This document shows positions 56,534 through 64,000 of a DNA stretch of 64,000 nt, piece after piece. Positions within the stretch are counted from its first letter, which is position 1. The number at the start of each line of letters is the position of its first letter. The notes beneath the pieces are model-generated. The model was not told the DNA's origin. It saw only the letters and a program-made list of their open reading frames with translations, and ran no database searches. The DNA lies in assembly GCA_043827025.1 (NCBI GenBank), contig JBDRPL010000019.1:1-64000 (forward strand). The letters run 5' to 3'. Made by a program: the position numbers and the translations under genes. The stretch is from Candidatus Micrarchaeota archaeon. GTDB taxonomy: Archaea; Micrarchaeota; Micrarchaeia; Anstonellales; Bilamarchaeaceae.

Positions 56534-57306
56534 ATAATATCAACCTTCATGCCATCTTTTGCAGCCATGCATTTTATACCTGTTGCATCTTCTATCTTTT
56601 TTGCCTCTTTCTCAGGCCCTGCACTTAGCATTTTCATTCCTAAATGATATATAATTATTTTTTTAGGCATTGCCTTTCTTGCGATGGCTATTACGTCATC
56701 AGTTTTCAAATGGTCAGGAATCTGGTCTTTCTTCGGCTTCAGGCAGCTTACGAAAAGAGTATCGCAGCCTTTGTAAAGCTCGCCTAGTTCTTCAAAATAT
56801 TCAGTATCGCTTATAATGCCCATTGTTTTTCCTTCTGCACTCAGCTTGAAGCCGAACCCAGTTGGCTCATCATGCCTTGATTTTATTATTTCTATCTCGA
56901 ATTCCGAATTTTTGGTCTTGAATTTTTTCCTTTCTCCGTATTTTGCAGTGTAAACTGTTCCTATCTTTCCAAGATGATATCTTGTAATTCCAGTATCGCC
57001 TTTTGCATCCCCTTCGACAACGTATCTGCTCCCTATAAAAATCCCTTTCTTCTTGAGTGCGTAACTTGTCATCCCCTCTACCATGAGACTGGACTCGTTG
57101 CAATGATCTATATGGTAATGAGTAACTATTATCGCATCCAGTTTCAAAGGGTCAAGGCTGTATTTTTTGCATTGCAGTATCGAACCAGGGCCGGGGTCTA
57201 TCATTATGTTCAAGTCATTGGTTCTGAGCCACTGGCCGCCTGTCGAACGGATTTGCTTAAGGAGATTGACTCTGCCTCCTCCAGTTCCAAGGAATATGAG
57301 TTCCAT
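56530..57306 (-). CDS. MBL-fold metallo-hydrolase
   Basis: FLGTGGGR, IDPGPG, THYHIDH, ISDTEY. Confidence 0.92.
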   Translation of the reverse strand: MELIFLGTGGGRVNLLKQIRSTGGQWLRTNDLNIMIDPGPGSILQCKKYSLDPLKLDAIIVTHYHIDHCNESSLMVEGMTSYALKKKGIFIGSRYVVEGDAKGDTGITRYHLGKIGTVYTAKYGERKKFKTKNSEFEIEIIKSRHDEPTGFGFKLSAEGKTMGIISDTEYFEELGELYKGCDTLFVSCLKPKKDQIPDHLKTDDVIAIARKAMPKKIIIYHLGMKMLSAGPEKEAKKIEDATGIKCMAAKDGMKVDII

Positions 57307-57422
57307 GAACCTGTTTCTGACTTATTGTTTAAAAAGACATTCGCTATCTTGGGATTATTTTACGCATAACCACACAATTTAACATATTTAAATCCTTCCA
57401 TGCAGAATGATCTAAGATCTTC

Positions 57423-57941
57423 ATGTCCGGTTTAAAATCATATTTGCAAAGAGTCCGTGATCGACTTATTAAGAAACCTAAATCTATGCCAGTACGTTGC
57501 AGGTTTTTGGAAAGCACTTCTGTTCCAAATAGGCGGATAAGAAGCTTTGCCAGGTTTCCTGTAGAAAGTGGCTGTAACTACTCAAACAGGTGGGCTCGAG
57601 ATCAAAACAGCATTCACCAAGGCTCTCTTTCTACAAATGGAATACGTGCACCTACAAAGAAGATTGATTTGAGTCCTGCCCGATTGGGCGGAACAATTGC
57701 ACTTAACTTTAGCGGAACACCTCTTTTCATCCACATCTCCAGCATTGGGACGTCATCTGTTTCAATCTCAATTCTGCGCCCAGATTCGTCTTGGCTGTTT
57801 GAAGATTGTAGTATCGAATGTGGCAGGTCTATAACACATCTTGGCGAATACGTCTTTTCGCTAACTTTGAACAAATTCATGTTTGATCCTTCAGCAAGGG
57901 ATGCCCAGATATCTCTTTCTCTTTCGGTTCTTGCAGATTAA
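57423..57941 (+). CDS. Hypothetical orphan protein with basic N-terminus
   Basis: 172-aa ORF filling the gap, with an upstream TATA box. Confidence 0.5.
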   Translation: MSGLKSYLQRVRDRLIKKPKSMPVRCRFLESTSVPNRRIRSFARFPVESGCNYSNRWARDQNSIHQGSLSTNGIRAPTKKIDLSPARLGGTIALNFSGTPLFIHISSIGTSSVSISILRPDSSWLFEDCSIECGRSITHLGEYVFSLTLNKFMFDPSARDAQISLSLSVLAD

Positions 57942-58846
57942 TCTCTTTTTTTTCCAATCATCTCGCAGAACTTGCACATTTTATGAGAAGTTGGCTCGCC
58001 GCAGGTTTCACATCCTTTTATATCTCCTTTCTGAACATTCTGGCGTAGTTTGTTCTGCAATGTCATGAAACTGTTTAATATCTTGAACTTGGTTCCAGGG
58101 TATTTTTCTTCTATTTCATTTAATTTGTGGCGGATTTCCTGCCTGAATGCATGAACTGCATAAGGGCATTCCTGGCCATGTATCTCAAGGCCTTTCAGCA
58201 GTCCGTAGATCGCAACTTCCTTTTCCGGGGTTCGGATCAGGGGTTTTATTCTCGGGATGAATTTTTTATCTTCTTCTATTGGATGGAGGTATCTTGCAAG
58301 CCTCGTAGGCTCGTTTCGCATTATATTCATTAAGGTTGTCTGTGCAGCATCGTCTAGGTTATGGCCAATTGCCAGCTTGTCAGCACGCATCTCGCGCGCA
58401 GCTTTGTTTAACAAATAGCGTCTTGAAACTCCGCAATAGCTGCAGGGTATTGTTTTCTTTTCCTTCATTATCTCATCAAGCGTCTTTCCAGTCACTTCTT
58501 TGAACGAAACAACTCGGTGCTCGATTTTCAATTTCTTACAAAGCTTTTCCGCAATCTTCAGGCTGCTTGCACGATAGCCTTTGATTCCTTCATCAATCGT
58601 TATTGCTACGAGCTCAAAAGGCAGTTTCTTTTGCAGTTTGTGCAATAAATAAAGCATCACAGAAGAATCCTTTCCGCCAGACACTCCAACTGCAATTCGT
58701 TCTCCTTTTGTTATTTTTGAAGTTTCGCCAACAGTCTGGAAGAATCGTTTCTCGAACATTGCGCAGAAATGGTTTTTGCAAAGGTGCAGTCCACCATAGG
58801 AAAGATAAATTATAGCCTCACGGCCGCATTTCGAGCATTTTTCCAT
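57938..58846 (-). CDS. ncsA: tRNA 2-thiolation protein NcsA/TtuA/Ncs6
   Basis: N-terminal CxxC..CxxH, SGGKDS, CSYCGV, GHNLDD, C-terminal CxxC pairs. Confidence 0.92.
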   Translation of the reverse strand: MEKCSKCGREAIIYLSYGGLHLCKNHFCAMFEKRFFQTVGETSKITKGERIAVGVSGGKDSSVMLYLLHKLQKKLPFELVAITIDEGIKGYRASSLKIAEKLCKKLKIEHRVVSFKEVTGKTLDEIMKEKKTIPCSYCGVSRRYLLNKAAREMRADKLAIGHNLDDAAQTTLMNIMRNEPTRLARYLHPIEEDKKFIPRIKPLIRTPEKEVAIYGLLKGLEIHGQECPYAVHAFRQEIRHKLNEIEEKYPGTKFKILNSFMTLQNKLRQNVQKGDIKGCETCGEPTSHKMCKFCEMIGKKRD

Positions 58847-58887
58847 GGTTAGTAATGATTATGGTAATAATTAAATGCTATTTGGAT

Positions 58888-59496
58888 TCAATAAATGGGC
58901 TTGAGATCCAATTGCCTTTGTGTTTCTTTGAGTGCTATCACTTCAATCAAAGTCTGGACAATAGGGTTTGCGCGTATCAGGATTATAAGTGCCTTTGCAG
59001 ATTCTTCTTCGAGCATCTTGCTGCCACCTGTTCCTTGGCGTGCTCTTGCAACTTCAGTAATATCCTTTATCATCCTAAGGTGATAATTGCTTTCAAGATG
59101 TTCAGCAAGCCTTTTGGCATGCCCAATGACTGCACTCAGTTCGATACTTGGCTGGATAGTTGCAACATATAATCCATTGCTTCGCGAATGATGTCTTTCA
59201 GAGAATGCAGTTGCCAATAATTCTGCATACATGCGCAATTCATCACTTCCAATGTTTCTGGAAAACCTATACATTAGGTAGCCTTGTTCGCCTTCCAAGC
59301 AGCCTATTGCGCTTAATGTTGCACGTGGTTCAATTTCAGTTGAGAGCTCGAATCTCTTTATTGCGGTTTCAAATGAGCCATGTTCAATTTCCTTTCTTTT
59401 CCAGTTGCCTAGCTTTCTTTCTATTTGTCTAAAGTCACGCGGAGTCAAAACTAGCTGGCCTGTATTGAGAGTCTTCCGCTCCACTTGTTTATACAT
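58888..59496 (-). CDS. Hypothetical orphan protein
   Basis: 202-aa ORF with a TATA box about 25 nt upstream of the ATG. Confidence 0.55.
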   Translation of the reverse strand: MYKQVERKTLNTGQLVLTPRDFRQIERKLGNWKRKEIEHGSFETAIKRFELSTEIEPRATLSAIGCLEGEQGYLMYRFSRNIGSDELRMYAELLATAFSERHHSRSNGLYVATIQPSIELSAVIGHAKRLAEHLESNYHLRMIKDITEVARARQGTGGSKMLEEESAKALIILIRANPIVQTLIEVIALKETQRQLDLKPIY

Positions 59497-59532
59497 GTGT
59501 TAATAGATGTAGAAATAGGTTTATATTCGTAT

Positions 59533-59721
59533 CTACCCGCCAAAAACTACGGTAATTATCTCGACCTTGTCCCTGTCTGTTACTTTCGCTGTCTCAGGAA
59601 CTAGCTTTCCATTGACCTTTATTATTACCTCTTCCCTTCTGATCTTCTCTTTCTTTAGAATGTTAGATACAGTGCCTGAAAATTTCACTGATTTTGTTTT
59701 GTTGTCAATGCTTAGTTTCAT
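59533..59721 (-). CDS. ThiS/MoaD ubiquitin-like sulfur carrier (SAMP-like)
   Basis: KVNGKLV...DKVEIITVVFGG, C-terminal di-Gly. Confidence 0.92.
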   Translation of the reverse strand: MKLSIDNKTKSVKFSGTVSNILKKEKIRREEVIIKVNGKLVPETAKVTDRDKVEIITVVFGG

Positions 59722-59790
59722 GAATATCAATCATCATCTGTCATGCACCGTTTTTAAACCTTGATTGCGAATATGCAAAAGGGACTATTT

Positions 59791-61011
59791 ATGAAAATCA
59801 AATCGATCTTTGCAAGGGAAATCCTGGATTCAAGAGGCAATCCTACTGTTGAAGTGGATCTGACAACTGACAAAGGATTCGGAAGGGGCGTTGCTCCATC
59901 AGGCGCATCAACTGGTGCATATGAGGCTGTTGAACTGAGGGATATAAGCAAAAGATATCTTGGCAAAGGCGTCCAAAGGGCAGTTGATAATGTCAATATA
60001 ACAATTGCAAAGGAAGCAAAAGGCAAGGACTTCGAAGAACAGGAAGATTTTGATAATTTCATGCTTAAACTTGACGGTACGTTCAACAAATCGAATCTTG
60101 GAGGCAATGCAATTGTTGCAACTTCCATGGCATTTGCAAGGGCGCATGCCTGCGAAGAAGGAAAGACGGTGTGGCAGCATTTCGGAGGCAAGAGGATACC
60201 TCAGCCGATGTTCAATGTCCTCAATGGAGGAAAGCACGCCGGCGGAAAACTTTCGATCCAGGAATTCATGATAATGCCAAAAGGAAAAAATTACAAGGAA
60301 ACCCTTAGGATGGCAAGCGAGATTTATCATATTCTGGGAAAGCAATTGGTGAAAAAATATGGCCCGAGTTCTAAAAACGTTGGGGATGAAGGCGGTTATG
60401 CACCACAGCTTGAATCGTGCGAGGAGGCCTTAATCGCAATAATGGATGCAGTTGAAGAATCGGGCTACAAAAACGAAACAACTCTCTGTTTAGATTCAGC
60501 AGCAAGCTCTTTCTATGATGGAGTGAGAAAAACCTATCTGCTGGATGGCAAGGAGCAGTCCTCCGATTATCTTTTGGAGTATTATCTTGAATTAGTGAAA
60601 AAATACCCTATTGTAAGCATAGAAGACCCGTTCGATGAGAATGATTTTGATAGTTTTGCCATACTTACAAAAAAGCTTGGGAAGAAGGCGCAGGTTGTTG
60701 GCGATGATCTTCTAGTAACAAATCCAAAAAGGATCAAGGAGGGAATTGAAAAGAAATCCTGCAATTCTCTTCTTCTCAAATTGAATCAGATAGGCACTGT
60801 CACAGAAGCATTGCATGCGGCTGAGATGTGCAGGGACAATAAGTGGACTATTGTAGTGAGCCATAGATCCGGTGAGACAGAAGATGCGTTCATCGCTGAT
60901 TTTTCAGTTGGGATAAATTCAGAATATATAAAAACAGGATCCTGTGCAAGGGGCGAAAGGACTGCGAAATACAACCAGCTTCTTAGGATATTCGAGGCAG
61001 TTGACAAATGA
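59791..61011 (+). CDS. eno: Enolase
   Basis: EILDSRGNPTVEV, PSGASTG, LLKLNQIGT, SHRSGETED. Confidence 0.98.
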   Translation: MKIKSIFAREILDSRGNPTVEVDLTTDKGFGRGVAPSGASTGAYEAVELRDISKRYLGKGVQRAVDNVNITIAKEAKGKDFEEQEDFDNFMLKLDGTFNKSNLGGNAIVATSMAFARAHACEEGKTVWQHFGGKRIPQPMFNVLNGGKHAGGKLSIQEFMIMPKGKNYKETLRMASEIYHILGKQLVKKYGPSSKNVGDEGGYAPQLESCEEALIAIMDAVEESGYKNETTLCLDSAASSFYDGVRKTYLLDGKEQSSDYLLEYYLELVKKYPIVSIEDPFDENDFDSFAILTKKLGKKAQVVGDDLLVTNPKRIKEGIEKKSCNSLLLKLNQIGTVTEALHAAEMCRDNKWTIVVSHRSGETEDAFIADFSVGINSEYIKTGSCARGERTAKYNQLLRIFEAVDK

Positions 61012-61397
61012 TTCTGATAACTATCCTGAGGTTTTTGGGTGCAATAGTTTCAGCAATCGGAACTTTGCTGGTTTTTCTAGGCGCGCTTGGCTCACCTGAA
61101 TTAATGTTCACAGGTGTTTCACTAATCATGATCACAGCTGCATTCGATGTCTTGACTGTGAAATATGAAAATAAGAAGAAACTGGAAAAGATAAGCAATG
61201 ATTTTGTGAATTGGGCAGGAATGCAGTTCGCGATTCCAGCATTGATTTTGCTTCTTTACTTTCTCTCATCCGACCGCGAGCTTCTTGTTCTGGCGCTTGC
61301 ATTTGGGATAATGTCTTTCTTCAACGTTGCTGCGAATACGGTAAAGGTTTATATTTCCGAGAATTCATTGGAAAAAACACGTGCAATTCCGAAATAA
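61008..61397 (+). CDS. Small four-TM membrane protein
   Basis: Hydrophobic 129-aa ORF, ATGA-coupled to eno. Confidence 0.65.
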   Translation: MILITILRFLGAIVSAIGTLLVFLGALGSPELMFTGVSLIMITAAFDVLTVKYENKKKLEKISNDFVNWAGMQFAIPALILLLYFLSSDRELLVLALAFGIMSFFNVAANTVKVYISENSLEKTRAIPK

Positions 61398-61471
61398 AGC
61401 AATTTAAACCTTTTTACCTAAATAGAATATAAAAATCAGATAATATTTACCTTTAATCACGAGTGAGCTTG

Positions 61472-63196
61472 ATGGTCGACTATAGAAAACCGAATCCCAT
61501 AGACGCAAAGACGTATTATAAACTTGGAAACGACCACTACGAGAAGGGGGATTACGAGAAGGCAATTGAAAACTATAATATGGCAATACTTCTGAATCCT
61601 GTTTTTTCCGAGGCATATTTCAATAGGGCATTGAGCGCATACCAGCTCAAGAATTTCGACAAGTCCATCCAGGACTACATGAAATCCGCCGAGCTTGACC
61701 CCCAGAATCCTATTATATACAATAACCGGGGAGATGCATACTACAGGAATCAGGACTATCAGAATGCGATAAAGGACTATGATAAGGCAATTTCATTGAA
61801 TCCAGATTATCTCAAGGCCTTCTATAATAGGGGCCTTTCATATGCTTCGATCGAGGAATATGAACGGGCGATAGAGGACTTTACTAAAGTAATAAGCATG
61901 AAGGATGATTTTGCAGAAGCATATCACCTGAGGGGACTGGCATATGAATATGCAGGCGATCTGGAGTCTGCAGTAAAGGATTATGAAAAGGCATTGGCAT
62001 TGAATCCTGATCTTTCAGAAGCAAAGGCTCATCTTGAATCTGTGAAGTCAAAGATGTCTCAGGAGGGTAAATCTACCACGACCGGCGATTCCAAGGCAGG
62101 GGCAGGAGACATAAAGATGCTCGAGAAGCCTAACATGACTTTCAATGATGTTGCAGGTATGGAAGAGATGAAAAATGAGATCAGGGAAGCAGTTGTTTAT
62201 CCTTTGGCTAATCCTGAGCTTGCTAGGAAATATGGTAAGCTTGGAGGAGGCGGAATACTGATGTACGGGCCTCCGGGTTGCGGTAAAACTTTCATCACAA
62301 AGGCTGCTGCAGGCGAATGCAAGGCTGGATTCATAAATGCAAAGCTTTCTGATTTACTTGACATGTATGTAGGTAATACTGAAAAGAACATCCACAAGGT
62401 TTTTGAGCTTGGAAGAAAGAATGTCCCATGTATGCTTTTCTTTGACGAAGTGGATGCTATTGGGGGAAGAAGGGATGCGCAGGAAGGCCAGCAGTACATG
62501 AAGATGGCCGTCAATCAGATGCTTTATGAGATGGATGGTGTTGAGGCGCACAATGACAATGTTCTTATCATTGCAGCAACAAATGCCCCATGGGATGTTG
62601 ATCCTGCCCTCAGACGAAGCGGCCGTTTTTCAAAAACGATTTACGTTCCTGAGCCAGATCTCACTTCAAGGTTTGAAATACTCAAATTGCATTCAAGGAA
62701 AAGACCTATAGTGAAAGGAATACCCTTCCGCAGGCTTGCATATGCCACTGAAGGTTATGCGTCCGCTGATCTCAAGGCAGTTGTTGAAGAAGCTGCTGGT
62801 TACCCATGGAGAGAAGCCTTCCATGCCATTGACAAGAAAACAAAGCAGTATATTGCACAGGGAATGGATCCCAAGCAGGCTGAAGAAAAAGCCAAGCAGG
62901 ACGTTCAGCAGAGACCAATAACCAGGTATGATTTTGTCAGGGCCGTCCAGAAGAAAAAGTCTTCTTTGCCTCCATGGTATGCTCAGGCGAAGAAGCAGAT
63001 AGGCAAGCAGGAAGAAGTTACAATTATAGATGGCAAGGAGCACAAGAAAGTCACTGAAAGCAAGATGGCTCTTGCTGAAAAAGAAGCTTTCAAGAGATTG
63101 CTGGACGTTATAAACTCAAGAAATGGATTCGTCCGTAAGGTAAGGATGTTCCTGGCTAAATATGTTTTCCTTGGACTTGCGATGCTTCCAATATAA
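61472..63196 (+). CDS. TPR-repeat AAA+ ATPase (single classic AAA module)
   Basis: Five TPRs; GPPGCGKT; FFDEVD; ATNAPWDVDPALRRSGRF; hydrophobic C-terminus. Confidence 0.9.
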   Translation: MVDYRKPNPIDAKTYYKLGNDHYEKGDYEKAIENYNMAILLNPVFSEAYFNRALSAYQLKNFDKSIQDYMKSAELDPQNPIIYNNRGDAYYRNQDYQNAIKDYDKAISLNPDYLKAFYNRGLSYASIEEYERAIEDFTKVISMKDDFAEAYHLRGLAYEYAGDLESAVKDYEKALALNPDLSEAKAHLESVKSKMSQEGKSTTTGDSKAGAGDIKMLEKPNMTFNDVAGMEEMKNEIREAVVYPLANPELARKYGKLGGGGILMYGPPGCGKTFITKAAAGECKAGFINAKLSDLLDMYVGNTEKNIHKVFELGRKNVPCMLFFDEVDAIGGRRDAQEGQQYMKMAVNQMLYEMDGVEAHNDNVLIIAATNAPWDVDPALRRSGRFSKTIYVPEPDLTSRFEILKLHSRKRPIVKGIPFRRLAYATEGYASADLKAVVEEAAGYPWREAFHAIDKKTKQYIAQGMDPKQAEEKAKQDVQQRPITRYDFVRAVQKKKSSLPPWYAQAKKQIGKQEEVTIIDGKEHKKVTESKMALAEKEAFKRLLDVINSRNGFVRKVRMFLAKYVFLGLAMLPI

Positions 63197-63212
63197 AATG
63201 AGTTTTCTATTT

Positions 63213-63653
63213 TTAGCTTTTCCTTCTTATGACTACTCCTATACTTTCTGATTTTATCTCCATGTTTATCTTTCCGTTGCCGATATTCTCAAAAGAAGTT
63301 TGATCCTCGATTTTGATTGGGTATTTTGCAGTTTCAGAAATGTCGCTTTCACCCTCTCTGGTCATTAACTTGATAGTTATTTCTGATCCTTTTCCTATGT
63401 TGATGAAGGTGATGCTTTCTGCGTTCTTTGGAAGATAAATCTCTAGGTCTGCAGATGAGCCCTCGCCAAGGTTTCCGACGCTGTTGACCATGTTTGCAAT
63501 CCTTGATGCTGCAAGTTGAGCCTGATTGGCCAGCAAAGTTTCTTCTGTATCACTGGCTTTCATATAGACCGTAACTATTATTGGTATGAATATAACCATT
63601 ATCGCAGCGATTATTATTATAAGCTCTGTGCTAACTTGCCCTTTTCTTGCCAT
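63213..63653 (-). CDS. Class III signal peptide protein (pilin-like)
   Basis: RKG|QVSTELIIIIAAI. Confidence 0.8.
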   Translation of the reverse strand: MARKGQVSTELIIIIAAIMVIFIPIIVTVYMKASDTEETLLANQAQLAASRIANMVNSVGNLGEGSSADLEIYLPKNAESITFINIGKGSEITIKLMTREGESDISETAKYPIKIEDQTSFENIGNGKINMEIKSESIGVVIRRKS

Positions 63654-63662
63654 ATTACATTC

Positions 63663-63998
63663 CTACCTTTTCTTACTAAGTACTATATTTACTTCATCTA
63701 TAATCTTTTTAATTGCATCACCAAAGCTGTAATCTTCAGCAGACACGACTGTTGTCTTTCCATTTGCTTCTATGTGCAGCTTTGCCTCATAAACTGATTT
63801 TCCTTTTTTCACATGGAGACTGATCCTGCCAATTTTTATCGAAGTCCTGAATTTCTCTATCGTATGCTCCAGCCTTTCCTTTATCATTTCATAGTATTGT
63901 TTCTGTTCTTCGTCAAGCCCGCTGACCTCTATTTCAATCTTATCTTTAGAGTCGCTGGATATCCTCTTGAATATGTCTGTTGCGCTTATGACTCCGAC
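63663..63998 (-). CDS. CBS-domain protein with C-terminal HPF/RaiA-like domain (5' partial)
   Basis: Frame stays open to the window edge: VGVISATDIF (end of a CBS domain), then IEIEVSGL...ISLHVKK...YEAKLHI...AEDYSFGDAI. Confidence 0.65.
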   Translation of the reverse strand, partial: VGVISATDIFKRISSDSKDKIEIEVSGLDEEQKQYYEMIKERLEHTIEKFRTSIKIGRISLHVKKGKSVYEAKLHIEANGKTTVVSAEDYSFGDAIKKIIDEVNIVLSKKR

Positions 63999-64000
63999 TG

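Noticed and set aside
1..64000. CRISPR array, rRNA genes, IS transposases, inteins or introns in protein genes
   Set aside because: No regularly spaced repeats, rRNA-like tracts or transposase ORFs were seen, and core ORFs appear continuous and of ordinary length.

Overview
Core-chromosome segment of an archaeon. The likely source is a DPANN lineage such as Micrarchaeota, inferred from gene content, the S-layer type, Cys-rich surface proteins and intron-laden tRNAs. Housekeeping content includes the GINS-rpl44e-rps27e-aIF2a-nop10-PAC2 cluster, the rpoH-B''-B'-A'-A''-rpl30e-nusA operon, EF-1alpha, AsnRS, ValRS, enolase, purA, guaAA, an S-layer gene and five class III (pilin-like) prepeptide genes. 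The left end is the edge of a probable integrated defence island (PLD-family nuclease, restriction-endonuclease-like gene, tyrosine recombinase). The most striking signals are non-coding. (1) All four tRNA genes (Thr-TGT, Leu-TAG, Ser-TGA, Asp-GTC) are interrupted, with seven BHB-type introns at three recurring positions (15/16, 37/38, 59/60), and tRNA-Asp carries three. (2) The Leu and Ser tRNAs share an unexplained flanking architecture of duplicated and inverted acceptor-strand copies interleaved with hairpins. (3) The EF-1alpha leader can fold into a tRNA-like four-way junction. (4) A twin-hairpin element of about 90 bp occurs twice. About ten orphan singletons with basic N-terminal extensions, several of them protein-modifying enzymes, lie between conserved genes. 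All calls come from motif recognition and manual base-pairing; no database search or folding program was run.
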